This document shows positions 48,966 through 62,419 of a stretch of DNA of 64,000 nucleotides, one piece after another. The stretch lies in the NCBI GenBank assembly GCA_951406725.2, contig OX597818.1, positions 108,686,001 through 108,750,000 on the forward strand, read 5' to 3'. Position numbers and translations under genes: made by a program. Position 1 is the stretch's first letter; each line of letters begins with the position of its first letter. Under the pieces are notes generated by a model. It made no database searches and was not told where the DNA came from. It saw only the letters and a list, made by a program, of their open reading frames with translations. Source of the stretch: Octopus vulgaris. Taxonomy: Eukaryota.

Positions 48966-50045
48966 CATCATCATCACCACCATCATCATCTTCTTAACAT
49001 CCGTTTTCCATGCTGGCATGGGTTGGGCAGTTTGACCAGGGCTGGCAAGCTGAACAGTTGCTCAAGCTCCATCTCTGTTTTGGCATGGTTTCAACAGCTG
49101 GATGCTCTTCCTGATGCCAACCACTTTACAGAGTGTACTGCAGCACCAGTACAGGTGCTTCTTTACATAGCACCAGCCCCTACAAGTCTGCAAGATTAGG
49201 GACGCTCAGCTGGGGAGGGTTGCAAGGGACAAGCCTGGATGCAAGAGCAACCATGCTTTTCCTTAGCTTGGCGTGTCTTTTCAAGCACAGCAAACCACCC
49301 AGAATCCTGGTCCCCCTGTCCTCCCCTCCGTGAGTTCCAACGTTTGTAGATCCTTTCTCACCACTTCATCCTATGTCTTCCTGGGTCTATCCCTTCCACA
49401 TGTTCCCTCTACAATTAGAGATCGGCACCTCTTGATGCAACTGTCCTCATTCATATGCATTACATGGCCATACCAGCACAGTCTTCTCTCTTACACACAA
49501 CACCTGATGCCATGTATACCCTATTTTCCCCTCAAATCACTTATAATCTGTCGTATATGCACACTGACATTACCCACCCAGTGAAGCATACTGGCTTCAT
49601 TCCTTTGAAGTCTTCGCATATCCTCAGTATTCATAGCCCATGTCTCACTGCCATGCAGCATAGCTGTCCATACACAGGCATCATACAATCTGCCTTTCAC
49701 TCTGAAGGAGAACTCCTTCATTACTAACAGACATAGAAACTCTCTCAACTTTGCCCAGTCTATTCTTATTCTAGCATCTATGCTTTTGGAATAGCCACCC
49801 CAACTACTAACTCAGTCACCTGAGTAATAGAAGCTGTCTACTACTTCTAAGGATTCCTCCCCCATGACATTTGAGGGAGTCTACTTTTTTGTTCATTCTT
49901 AGAGTTTAATGAACCTGCACTTCAAACACATGTGAAGACTACTTTCACCGTTAGTTGTCCAGTGATACCGCTGGACCTCTTATGTGTCTATAGCTTGTAC
50001 TGAGTAGACCTTATGGAGTTTCTCCTGACACCGTTTGTCTGTTTT
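48966..50045 (-). mobile_element. RTE fragment (finger, thumb, 3' tail)
   Basis: KGRLYDACVWTAMLHGSETWA; (CAT)n tail at 48966. Confidence 0.85.
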
Positions 50046-51816
50046 CCTATTGCTACTTTTTTTGGCAAAACAGATTGCCAAAATATAAAAGAGGACTAAC
50101 GGGATAGCGATAATAGGCGAAACACAAGAACTGAGAGCTTTCCTTTGAGTCTTAGGCAACCACTGGCTCATGGGCCACATGCAGGACTTTCAGAATGGCA
50201 TGCCTCATTATCTTTAATTCCTTTTGCAGGAAGGTCCAGCTGATGATGGTGATGCATGCCTGATATGACCTGCTTCTCATAAAATCTTATCCTGTTTTAT
50301 TATACCAAAAACATCCACCAGTTCTTTATAAATTCTGCATTGGATGGAACTGTTAATATACCAAAGAAAGAACCTTGTCTAAAGTTCAAATTGGCAGCTA
50401 CAGTTTCTCTTCCCTGTCTTAAATATCCACACGGAATTCAAGAATGTCAAAGATTTTATGAGGATAACTCTTTAGATTGAAACTGAACAGGGAATTATAA
50501 AATGAAACTGACCCCTATTGGATGGTGAAATATTCCACAATGACACACACTCTCTCTCCACTCTGGTACCAACACCATTAATCAACATTCATTCTAAAAC
50601 AGATTAGACACAAGTATAGTTGTACAATGAAGTGATGATCAACCATCCCCACAATATATGAATGACTTCTGTTTGTTGAGAGAGTTAAACAATTTGAAGT
50701 ATGGATGACGACAAACAAAAAAGTTTTCAAAAAAACAAAAAAAAAAAGACAGAAAAATCTACTAATAAAATATAAAGACCTGAAGAAAAAGGAATTAGAC
50801 TAAACACAAATTTACAAATAATTAGGAATTAATGAACTAGGCTGAGTAGAACACTAACGAAACAAAAGGTTAGAAACTAATTCTATAAACACAAATGATT
50901 ATGATTTAAAGTATTAAGTCTGTTGATAATGAAGTTATGTTCTGGAAGTTATATATTCTATATGATAATATATTATAAAAGTTATTGCAGCTATATTTAA
51001 TTGAGTGTTAAGTGAATTATCAAGTCTAGAGAGGAAAATCAGAAAAATATTTACTGTAGTTAAAATATACAAACCCAAAAGTGATTCAAAGATAATATTT
51101 AACACCAAAAAACTAATTATAAAATATCTTTTGAAGGACTCGAAAAATATCCCCAAGTATCCTTATACAAATAGTTAGAACACATGAAAGAGAAAGGTTT
51201 CATTTTTCAGGTAAACCAACAGGGGTTAAGGTAACAGGAGGTAGTTGTACTGAAGATGAAGGTTTAGAACATCAGAAGCGTACACAGACCCAATTGAAGT
51301 GAAAAACTTCTGCAAAACTAAACAGCAAAAATATTCAGATGTGGGAAGAAAAACTCCAACCAATGCCTGTCCGACAGAATTTTGCAAACTGGAATTGGTT
51401 AAAGAAAAACATCAAAGATGAATCCAAAGAATTTTGGTTCCATTACCAGGAAGTACCACATACAATAATGATGTAGATTATATAAAAAAGGAGGAACTTC
51501 AGAATGTGTGGAGGCTGTGATAAAAAAGTAATCAATCCCATTGTTTCTGACTGTTTTGTCTTAGTGAAAATGGATTATTCAAACAGACATGACATTCACA
51601 TAGTGGAAACCTTGCCAATATTAATTATACGAAGAGAAAGGAGATGATATAAGCTTTTATGATAAAAGATTTGAGAAAATGTCAAAGCAATCATAGTCTA
51701 GGACATGCTGATTTACACAAATAGAAAGATTAAGGAATAAAGCTAGGATATTATATAGTCAGAGATCATAAAGGAGAAACAGATGTCTCATAACCAACAT
51801 ATCAATTGCAGAGGAT

Positions 51817-51819
<3 letters not shown>

Positions 51820-51862
<43 letters not shown>

Positions 51863-51882
51863 TATGTGTGTATATATGTATG

Positions 51883-51932
<50 letters not shown>

Positions 51933-51992
51933 ATATATATACATACACACACACACACATATATATACACACACACACACACATATACATAT

Positions 51993-52044
<52 letters not shown>
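51820..52044. repeat. (TA)n/(CA)n compound microsatellite
   Basis: Directly visible; splits the Dong RLE domain. Confidence 0.95.
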
Positions 52045-52047
<3 letters not shown>

Positions 52048-52463
52048 AATCATAATGAAATGGAGAATCTATCCAAAATATAAAAAGCTGAAAATAGAGA
52101 TATTCAGAATGTGTGGGTTGAAAATAGAAATGATCCCCCTAATACTGGGTGCCTTGGGAATGAGACAAGAAAATGCAGACAACTACGGAAGGAAAACAGA
52201 TTTATAAAGCATACACAACATAGAAAATGTATGTTGTGTATATGGCTACTGTGTATTTGAAATTTGAGAAAAAACACAAAAGCAAAATATCGCATGAAAG
52301 GCAAGGCTGATGGGGCTGCACTTGTTTGTACAGTGAAATCCCATGATATTACAAGTGAAAGAAGAAGAAGAAGAAATTCTGAAGACATCCCTATATCCAT
52401 AGATACCATTAACGTATTTCAACACTAAACATATATAGCAATATTAGGAACTCCTTTAAATAT

Positions 52464-52688
52464 TTAAGACTTTAGCATTTGAAACTAGCCACATCCAGCT
52501 CAAATATTCTGTTTTGTTCAAACCAGCCAGATCCAGCTTCTCACACCTACCCTACAATGTCATTCTAAAAATAAGCAACCACATCATTGAAATCTAAAAG
52601 CTGTGAGACAATGCATGATTCATTCTGGCAACAAGGTGAATAAACAAGCCCCACATTTGACAGAATGATCTCAATGCCAAAGGCTTCA
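52464..52688. mobile_element. TTAA-ended MITE
   Basis: TTAAGACTTTAGCATTT start; shared core. Confidence 0.7.
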
Positions 52689-53459
52689 GCTGATGGTGGT
52701 GTTAATGAAATAGTTTAATTACTCCACAGCTTCTGTTAGCAGTGGAAGGATCGATTGATCATAGATTAAAACTTACAGCTAAATCTAAGTGTAACAGGAA
52801 AAAGACAAAAATTAAATAGATATCTCAACTTAATTACATATGGAACTCATTCTGGTTAAGAAAAAAAATGCGAAAACATAAAAGAGTTGCAACTAAACGA
52901 ATGAATAATAGAGATGCTGACAAATGAAAAGATGGCTGTAGGGTGAATAAAGAAAGCTAAATGGAAACTAGAAAAATGGATATATATCGATAACTAAAAA
53001 GCCATTGATATTGTCCTTTATTCAATGATTCTGGAAACATTAACCTTGACTGTTTCTTGTGAATACGAAACTAGTGTAATGGTTTGATCCTAACTCTATT
53101 CTTGCTGCTAAATCACTTCCACGGTAACCAAATTCTTTCCATTATTGTCTCTATAAATTACAGACATTACTGCTTATGGCACACTTATGGTCTTTACACT
53201 TGCTCTACTTCTATTGGAAGTACCTTTTTGTTATAACTGGATGTTGTTATTCGAATAGGAAGGAAAAAAAAAAAGGCTTTGTCATAGCTTCCTTTCTAAA
53301 ACACTTTGATGTCTGTTGTAAGATCACTCACCACTCATAACTTGTATGATCATGTGGGAGGCCACCACTTGGTGGGGAATAAGAATAACTCAACTAAAAA
53401 CCATTTCCAGCAACTGGTTTGGCTCTAATTTACTGGATATCAACCAAATGTTTTTTTCA

Positions 53460-53735
53460 AATTATTTACATTTGATGGATATTTGTCCTCATCTTGTTTG
53501 TTGTTAACACAACATTTTGGCTGATAAACCTTCCAGCCTTCATCACATGTCTTGGGGAAATTTCGAACCTGGGTTCTCATTCCTAAGGTATTTTTAGATG
53601 CTATTATTATTATTCAGGTCACTGCCTGGAATCAAACTCGGAATCCTGGGGTTAGTAGCCCATGCTCTTAACCACTATGCCATATGCCGACGGGCATATG
53701 GCAGTGATGTGAATAATAATAATAATAATAATAAA
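53460..53735 (-). mobile_element. Hammerhead-containing element, copy 3; tRNA-like cassette points toward the ribozyme
   Basis: Degenerate hammerhead 53506-53551; inverted repeats 53611-53626 / 53700-53715; cassette 53627-53699 on minus. Confidence 0.85.
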
Positions 53736-53834
53736 TAGGTGGCTGGACATGCTCTTCACTGCTCTGAGCTGTCAGCAGCTGAAGACACAGAAACACTAAT
53801 ACAACCCAACAGGACAACTGAAAAAATAACTCTA

Positions 53835-55030
53835 AAAGACTGGAATATTTACAATTTCCTGTGAGTATTTTGAATTTCCTTCAAAATAAGTTAAGGAACT
53901 TACATATCTACAGTTTTCAAACACATAAACAATCAGCTTTAAAACCTTTAATATCTACACCTTCTGTGAATACCTATCATTTCCTTTCCCCCTGAGTATT
54001 TGAAAATGTAAACATCCCCTTTATTCCAAGAACACTACAGTTTTCTCTGTTCGGACAGGCAAAAGACTTGTTGTTCACTGTTCTGAAACTTTTATTGCAG
54101 CAACACGATTAAATTTTTAAAAAATTCATATCTACAATTTTCTGTGAAGAAATTTTAACTTCCTTTTCTTTCCGATCCTTTTTCCCTGGATATTCGAAAA
54201 TGTAAGCATCCTTTTTATTGTAAAAAAAAACACCACAGTTTTCTCTGAACAGACATACAAATGAACACCTCAAAACATTTAGAAACGTTAATATCTCCAA
54301 ATTTGTGTGAACATTTTGTCTTTCCTTCTTCCCTGATTAACAGAATATGTAAACATGCCTTTTATTGTAACAACACAATTAAATGCACGAAAAAAAAAAG
54401 AAATTAAGGAAGTAAGCACCCGCCGATATATACATACTGCACAACTACAAAAACTGTAAACCACAGAAAAACTTTTAAAAAGAATAGAAAAATTCCAAAA
54501 GAAAAAGAAATTAAAAAATCCAACAAGGTGAACATTTCTTCCTCCTACTATTCCCAAAGACTGAACTATCTACAATTTCCTGTGAATATTTTAAATCTCT
54601 CTCAAAATAAAATAAGTTAGGAAACTTACATACCTACAGCTTTCGAACACACAAATGATCAGCTTAAAAAAAACCGAAACAACTTTGAAATCTGCAACTG
54701 CTGTGTGAATATCGATTCTTTCCTTTCTCCCTGAGTATTCGAAAATGTAAACATCATCATCCTTTTTATCCTAAGAACACTACAATTTCTCTCTCTGCGG
54801 TCAAAGACCATATTTAGTAAATCTTAAAACTTTACTATCTACAACTTGTTTTCTTTTCATTTTGACTCTCCCTGAGTATTTGAAAATGTAAACATCCTTT
54901 TTATTGCAAAAGTCAAACTGTATTCTCCAATTGGACAGACAAACGAACATGTCAAGAAAACTTTAAAACTTTAATATATTACCCAAATACGTAAACACAC
55001 CTTTCATTGCAGCAACACAATTGAATTCAG
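53835..55030. repeat. Degenerate tandem repeat (core CCTGAGTATTTGAAAATGTAAACATCC), with ~720-bp higher-order duplication
   Basis: Core at ~53990, 54185, 54332, 54730 and 54871; 53835-54055 resembles 54556-54800. Confidence 0.7.
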
Positions 55031-55066
55031 AAATTCAACGATGTGAATATCAGTATATGTGTGTGC

Positions 55067-55108
<42 letters not shown>

Positions 55109-55204
55109 ATTATCATTATTGTTTTTTTCTATCAGTAATTACAAATAGAACAGGTTGAATTGCTTCTTTCCAAGGCAGCGCTCTCAGTGGCCACTGGTAG
55201 TAGT

Positions 55205-55384
55205 AAACAAAACATAATTTTCTTGTTTTCTTAAACATTCTCTAGAACAACACTATGTAAAAAACCCAAATATATGGCACCCTAGGCATAACACCAACAT
55301 GAACTTCCAACTTATTGTCTCTTGATGTCTCTGGGTGAGACTTGGAGCCAACTTGTACAAATACAAAGCAAAAGTCAAACATAA
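55205..55384 (+). mobile_element. R4/Dong 3' UTR, 5'-truncated
   Basis: Matches the reverse complement of 4748-4925. Confidence 0.8.
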
Positions 55385-55560
55385 AATAATAATAATATCT
55401 AAAAATACCTTAGAAATGAGAAACCAGGTTTGAAATTTCCCTAAGACACCTGATGAAGGGTGGAGGGTATATCAGACGAAACATTATGCTAACAACAAAC
55501 AAGATGAGGACAAATATCTGTCAAATGTAAATAATTCCTCGTCTCTTAAATATGGAACTG
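55385..55560 (+). mobile_element. Hammerhead-containing element, copy 4 (3' part)
   Basis: GACAC-CTGATGA-AGGGTGGAGGGTATATCAGAC-GAAA-CATTATGCT at 55445-55490. Confidence 0.85.
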
Positions 55561-56094
55561 TTTTTTTCAAATGTGAGCAATTAATGTGCAGATTCTGAAA
55601 CTAATCTTTTCTTACAAAAACAAACAAAATATCGAGTAAACTCTTAAGGCAGACAGCTGTCAGAATCATTAGCAGCATTCTGATTTCAAATTCCACTGAA
55701 GTCAATTTTGCCTCTCATCCTTTCGGAGTTGATTAAAATAAGTAACAGAATATCAAAGACTCACCAGAATCAGACGTCTTTCTGCCATTACTGAATTTCC
55801 AAACAAAAAACAAACAAATGAACAATTTACACTAATTTCTCAGAAAATCTATTTGTTCATATAATATTGACCCAGGCCGATGTTATTGATACTCCTTACA
55901 CAAACAAAATGACTCAGTGAAAGAAAATCAAGACTGCAAATGGAAAATATTCTATAACTAAGACTAAACAGATCTTCCTTTACAACTACAAAATACCCAA
56001 AAACATAATGTTCTTGGCTATGTCAGGTCATAATCTAAGCACACCTATGAGCAATGTTATCAGATCAGTAATATAAAGAATAAGGCTGAAGAAT

Positions 56095-56545
56095 GTAAGA
56101 AAACTGGTCTGTCTACGTTGTGTTGATGTATGGCAGTGAGACATGGTCTTTAACATCAGAAACGAGAAGGTGCTTGGAGAGCTGGGAAATCTGGTTCTTC
56201 AGGAGAATATTGAGGATAGCATGGACAAAGTGCATGATGAAGAGGTGATGAGCTGGGCTGTGGTAAATAGGAAACTGCTTCATGAGATAAGGGCCAAGCA
56301 ACTGAAATTTCTCCATCCTGTTGTGATGAAGAATTTGGCCTGGATAATTTAGGGATGACTGGAAAGATTGAAAGGAAAAGAAGCAGAGAAAGGAGAAGGA
56401 TGATGCAGATGTCAAGTCTGAGGAATTGGTTGGAAGAAGAGAGACATTGAATCATCAAGAAGTGGAACTGTTACAGCAAACAAGGAACAGAGAATTGTGG
56501 CAAGACATGATCACCTGTGTCCTACATTGTGGGCATGGCACCTAA
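56095..56545 (+). mobile_element. RTE-like LINE C-terminal fragment (second family)
   Basis: VLMYGSETWSLTSETRRCLESWEIWFFRRILRIAW. Confidence 0.8.
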
Positions 56546-57089
56546 AAAAGGAGAAGTAAAATATAAAACACCTAATTCCTCAGAACATACTTGTAAATCT
56601 ATTTCTATCTGAAATGAATTCTGACACTGACCCAGAATTACAATGATTAGAGAAAGTCTCTATAAAGAAGATTAATTCTTAACATCCTGCATGACATGAA
56701 TCTACCTGACAGCACATCTATTTGTCAGTCCTAGAACACCTAAAACAGATTCAGTTAAAACACACTTCTTGTTTCTATTTGTTTGAAAGTTGGTAACAAA
56801 CTCTTTAATCTTGGACTTGTTTCTTTCTCAAAATCTTCATACACAGCTGGGTTTGTTATTTCTGAAGGGAGTAAATTAGCTGATTGGAAAATTTCTTAAT
56901 GAATAAGCTGCAAAAAGATCAGGGAACATTTTGCTTTGTTGTGAGTTGTGGTGTTTGTACAAATATGTCTGTTACTAGTTGCATTTATTACTATCATCTC
57001 TTTTCACCTGTTTTTTTCTTCTAGTTATTACAATGCAATAAATTACCAAGCACACAAGCCTTACTTTCTTTTTGGCCCAAATGACAATT

Positions 57090-57470
57090 ACCTTTCACTT
57101 GTTTCAATCATTGGACAGTGGCCATGCTGGAGTACTGCTTTGGAGGGTTTTAGTTGAATGAATCAACCTCAGTACTTATGTATTTTTAAACCTGCCACAT
57201 ATTCTACCAGAGTATTTTGAAACACAAATTGTCAAGTAGTGATGGGGAACAAACACACAAACACACTCATATGTGTATGTCTCGCTGTCTATCTAGGTAC
57301 ACACACACACACACAAATGTGATGGCCTTCTTGTCAGTTTGCCAACCAAATCTCCTCACAAGACCTTGGGGGTATAGAAGAAGACATTTGCCCAAGGAAC
57401 CACACAATGGGACTGAACATGGTACCATGTGGTTGGAGTAGCAAACTTCTTACAAGAAAGCCATGCTTGA
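57090..57470 (-). mobile_element. SINE family A, degenerate
   Basis: Reverse complement of family-A blocks. Confidence 0.7.
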
Positions 57471-59107
57471 AAATTTCCAACAAGATTATAAGAATTAATA
57501 GATCTGTAAAATAGCAACATTCTTCAAATTTACAGTCCCAAAAATTCTTATTTATAAAGACAAAGGAAAGCTAGTAACTATCCTTGATACCAGTTGACAA
57601 TCTTCAGTGACAGCTCAGTCACTTGACAACATCACATCATATCCCATTCCCTTCATCAATATTATCCACATGAATACAGTAAATTACCCCAGATTTACTG
57701 GAACCCAGTCAATACAGTTAGAAAAACTTCCAAATATTATCCGTATAAAAAGCCAGTTTAATAAAGACATGCAAACAAGATATTTTCTGATGGTTTACTG
57801 TAGAATATCTTGTTCCTTTTCGACCTCAAATGTTATTTTGCCTATTTTTGAATGTTTTGTAGTGTTTATATTTTTTAAACCAGTTACATTTTAAATTCAC
57901 TGAGAAGTTAATTTATGTCATTGAACATTTGGATCCTCATCGTTGAAACCAACGGAAAACCAGATGTGTGTGTGTGTGTGTAATGTTTTACACTTAAATT
58001 TTATTCTTGTATAACCTGAATTTGGTACCCTTTCATGCACTCTTGTAAAGTAGTAGACTTTTACAAGCTTGATAGAAATGACCCTATCTCTTCCCTATAA
58101 AATCCTCATGTTACAAGCCAAGCAGTAATGTAAGAAATTAATGCTCAATACATTGAAACAAAAGACTATTGAAACTTATATTTTAAAAGATATTTTTTTC
58201 TATTTCAAACAGAATTCAGCTGAATTAATCATTTTTCTAGAGAGTTCTACATTTGTCACAAGTCAACAGAGCCGGAGCGTAACCCCATTTCCTTTCCATC
58301 AAAAGTGCAATATTCTTCCTTCTTTTGAATGGAACCGGTCTGACCCTAGTTGTTGCTGGGACTTATTTTCAGCCAAAGCAACATGAAATGAAGTATTTAA
58401 AAAAAAAAAGATTAAAAAAAGATAATAAAAAAGACAAAACAAAAGACTTCTTTGTTGAATAGTTGAGACGGTACTCTATAAGACGAGTGCTGACATTAGT
58501 TGAAATATTGAGTTTTAGTATGGCTACAGATGAATCAAAAACTATTTATCTTCTGTTCGTTGAGGTCAGTGAGGAATTTGATCAAGTGAATTACAAACAC
58601 TTGAGGAAACTACTTAAACATTATGTATATTCATCATGGTTAATAACGTTTATGAAGAATCTTCCCAATGCTCTGGTCTAACGGTCCACTTGTAGCAGCT
58701 GCTTCTGTAAGTTTTCCTGTTCTACATGCTGATCAATAAATTAAATTGGCTTCATTAATTGAAATATGAGATCCGTTCAAAAAGAAACCATACTTTTAAA
58801 ACAACATGTCAGCCAACCAATGCAGGGTGCTTGTGACTAGGATGCTGTGTGCAGCTGACCTTGATTTTTCAGTCAAATAATACGCCACATCAGGCAGTCA
58901 TTGATCTACATGTGCTGGAGTGAAGGTATGGCTAATGCATTTGGCTATTTGCTTCAAGTTGAACAATGAGCAAAAATGTCTCAAAAGAAGAAAAATCTCG
59001 TGATGCCTATTCTAATGACACACAAAACCAATGGAGATGATTATTTGAGCTGTGCACAAGGTTGCATATGATATCGACATTTCAAACTGAGAAGGACATC
59101 AGAACGA

Positions 59108-59294
59108 TAGGCACAGGAGTGGCTGTGTTGTAAGTAGCTTGCTTACCAACCACATGGTCCCAGGTTAAGTCCCACTGCATGGCACCTCGGGCAAGTGTCT
59201 TCTACTATAGACTTGGGCCGACCAAAGTCTTGTGAGTGGATTTGGTAGATGGAAATTGAAAGAAGCCCGTCATATATGTGTACATATATCTATA

Positions 59295-59342
<48 letters not shown>

Positions 59343-60522
59343 TATGCGTAAGCTCGCTAGAAATGAAGCCAGTATGCTCCGATGGATGTGTAATGCCGGT
59401 ACTCACACTCGGCAGAGTGTAAGTACCTTGAGAGAAAAGCTGGACCTAAGAAGCATCAGTTGTGGTGTGCAAGAGAGACGTTTGCGCTGGTATGGTCATG
59501 TGGCGAGAATGGATGAAGATAGTTGTGTGAAAAAGTGCCACACCCTAGCGGTTGAGGGAACCTGTGGAAGAGGCAGACCCAGGAAAACCTGGGACGAGGT
59601 GGTGAAGCACGACCTTCGAACTTTAGGTCTCACTGAGGAAATGACTAGAGACCGAGACCTCTGGAAGTGTGCTGTGCGCGAGGAGACCCGGCAGGACAAG
59701 TGAGTCCACAACCCGTGGCCTTCTACATGGGATGGAGTCAGCCTACGTATGCATACCTTCCCTTCTTGGGACACAAAACTCTACTTGTGAAGACGTGTTG
59801 AGGCAAGTGAGGATCAGAATCGAAATCGATCAATGGAAATTGCGGATGTGCTACCAGTGCCGGTGGCATGTCGAAACTCTGCTTGTGAAGACCCATTGAG
59901 GCAAGTGAGGATCAGAATCGAAATCGATCAATGGAAATCGATCAATGGAAATTGCAGATGTGTTACCAGTGCTGGTGGCATGTAAGAGAACTTTCCGTTT
60001 CGCGACCGTTGCCAGCACCGCCCCGTTTCGTGTCCGTTGCCAGCCTCGCCTGGCCCTCGTGCCGGTGGCACATAAAAAACACCATCCGTTCGTGGCCGTT
60101 TGCCAGCTCTGTCTGGCACCAGTGCGGGTGGCACGTAAAAAGCACCCACTACACTCACGGAGTGGTTGGCGTTAGGAAGGGCATCCAGCCGTAGAAACAC
60201 TGCCAGATTTGACTGGGCCTGATGAAGCCTTCTGGCTTCACAGACCCCAGTAGAACCGTCCAACCCATGCTAGCATGGAAAACGGACGCTAAATGATGAT
60301 GATGATGATGATGATGATATGTACATTTGTGTTTGTTCCCACAACATCACTCGGCAACTGATGCTGGTGTGTTTACGTCCCTGTAACTTAGCGGTTCGGC
60401 AAAAGAGACCAATAGAATAAGTACTAGGCTTACAAAGAATAAGTTCTGGGGGTTGATTTTCTCGACTAAAGGCAGTGCTCCAGCATGGCCGCAGTCAAAT
60501 GACTGAAACAAGTAAAAGAGTA
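59108..60522 (+). mobile_element. SINE family A split by an RTE insertion
   Basis: 5' half 59108-59340; 3' half 60318-60522. Confidence 0.85.
59345..60317 (+). mobile_element. Young 5'-truncated RTE (intact ORF C-terminus, repeat-rich 3' UTR, (GAT)n tail)
   Basis: RNEASMLRWMC...RLRWYGHVARMDEDSCVKKC...GRGRPRKTWDEVV...DRDLWK; CpGs retained; ~97-bp duplication at 59776-59983. Confidence 0.92.
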
Positions 60523-62419
60523 AATAGACAATTGCAAGTCTGGATGATATTCTATGATGACAATTCCATTGTGATTCATGAAAATCATCGCCTGACTGTT
60601 TATGAAGAAGCATAAAAGTTTGTATGACATGGTTTTAAAAAGGAAATTGAAAACACATCATGTCGTAAAATTTGTGAGCAAAAAGAGAATTGAGCCAGCA
60701 TCAATCAGGAATAGTTTGATTATTTACAAGAAGGCAGTCATCGCAATGGATTGAACCACCATTGCCATGACCAATAAACATAACATGTCAGAGTTGCTCA
60801 AATGTGAAGGGGATTTCAAGCATCATTTTTTGGCTGCAGGGGCACCATTCTTTATGGGTTTGTTGTGTAGAGTCAGCCAATCAGTACAGAGTTTTACTTG
60901 ATGTATTCAAGATAGGCAGTGTAAAGGAAGAGACCTGAGGCTTGGACAAACAAAAGCTAGATGTTACATCACAACAATGCATCTGCACAAGTATCATACC
61001 TTGATGATGATGATGATGACTTTTTAGAAACAAATGAGATATTTTCGTGCTTATAAAGTTGAAAGATAACTGATTTTAGATTACAGAAGAGACTGAACAA
61101 AATTCATAACAACTGCACACTCTTGTAAAAACATGTAGAAGGAGGTGCACAAAAAGTGGGGGAAAAAATGTTAAGAGCAGTGCACGACAGTGGACAGAAC
61201 TATTTTGAAGGCGACATGTCTAATTAAAGCGAAAGTAAAGAAATAAATTTATTTCTTTGAGAAGTCCTGTTTCTTTTTAGACCAACCTCATATACTCTTT
61301 GATGAAAGGCCATCTTTACTAAGTCTCACGACTCAATTCTTGTCTCTAGAAACTTTACCTAGCAAGAACTGAACCTATTTTCCTTATGGAGACTATTGAA
61401 CATTGAGAAGTCAAATAGCACCTGTATCTGTTTCTCTTATTAGTCTGGGATGTCTGCAAAAGTTATGGATGTCCCTCTAAGTTCTCTAACTCTGTGCATA
61501 TTAAATTGTGTGTGTGTGATTTTATGCAGTAAACAGATAATTTAATCTCACAAAGAGAAGATAACAAAGTGGTTAGAATTTTATCTTTTTTGTAGACAGA
61601 GAAAAGAATCAATGTAATTAGTTCCCAGTTTTGTTAAGCCTTCATCAGACAGTCTTTACTCATTACTTGCCCACAAAGAGAATAGTAGCTTAAAACTATT
61701 TATGGTGTATACAAGCTCAGACAGAATTAAAGGCCTGGATTGATAACTACATGTTTCAAGTTTCAATTTCACTACATGGAGCATTGGCTAAGTTCACTGT
61801 AACCTCAGATTGACCAATAACTGATAAGTAGAATCTGTTAAAAATAGGAATTGGAGAGAAGGTTGCCCCAAACACACTCACAGACATATCAATGTCTAGA
61901 TCTATATGTTGGACTAAAATAAAGTGTTGCTGTTATGTTGTGTCTGTTTACGCCCTACAACTTAGTGGTTCAAGAAACAGAGATGAAAAAAAAAAGAAAA
62001 CTAGCACCAGATTGAAATACTGGGACTGAGACGGTTGATTAAAACTCTTTTATGGTGGGACCCAGTGTGGTCGCAGTCAAAGGACTGAGATCAGTGACAA
62101 AATAAAACAATATAGATTCCCTTTTGTGGGATCTCCTTCAAGAATTTTAGTTGGACATATTGACTACAATGCTTATTTCTGTCTAATCCTTAATTTGTCA
62201 ATCTCTATTTGCCCCATTGCTAAGTTTACAAGCTATAAAGAGACACAACATAAACACAAATATATAAATACCAGGCAGCAGGATTAAACCCAATACCACA
62301 TGGTCATGAAGCCAATGTTTTGACCACTGAACTTGTGACCAGCATAGAAAAAATGTGATATTCAATGCCTATGATTTTTTATATGTGTGTGTGTGTGTAC
62401 ATCTCAATGTGACTTCAGG

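Larger units (their letters stand above)
46900..52300 (+). mobile_element. Old, near full-length R4/Dong-clade LINE (RT, CCHC knuckle, RLE), interrupted by later insertions
   Basis: NFRLKYLISFH...PSWLHEGKTILV (47882-48067); CGGCDKKVINPIVSDCFVLVKMDYSNRHD (~51507-51593); [28 protein letters not shown] (~52079-52162). Confidence 0.75.
58765..61292 (+). mobile_element. mariner DNA transposon relic with both TIRs, hosting nested insertions
   Basis: TA-TGAGATCCGTTCAAAAAGAAAC left end vs TA-TGAGGTTGGTCTAAAAAGAAAC right end (reverse complement); MLHHNNASA (cf. LHHDNAP) at 60961; YFEGD at 61201. Confidence 0.75.

Noticed and set aside
51759-52083. Overlapping YI/HT/CV-rich ORFs
   Set aside because: Translation of dinucleotide microsatellites; the same applies to ORFs at 11303-11606, 21882-22117 and 26010-26579.
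60219-60241. CTGATGAAGCC-TTCT-GGCTTCA hammerhead-like hairpin
   Set aside because: No GAAA after the stem; other RTE copies read CTGGTGCAGCC here.
61625-61650. CTGATGAAGGC on minus
   Set aside because: No stem II partner or GAAA core.
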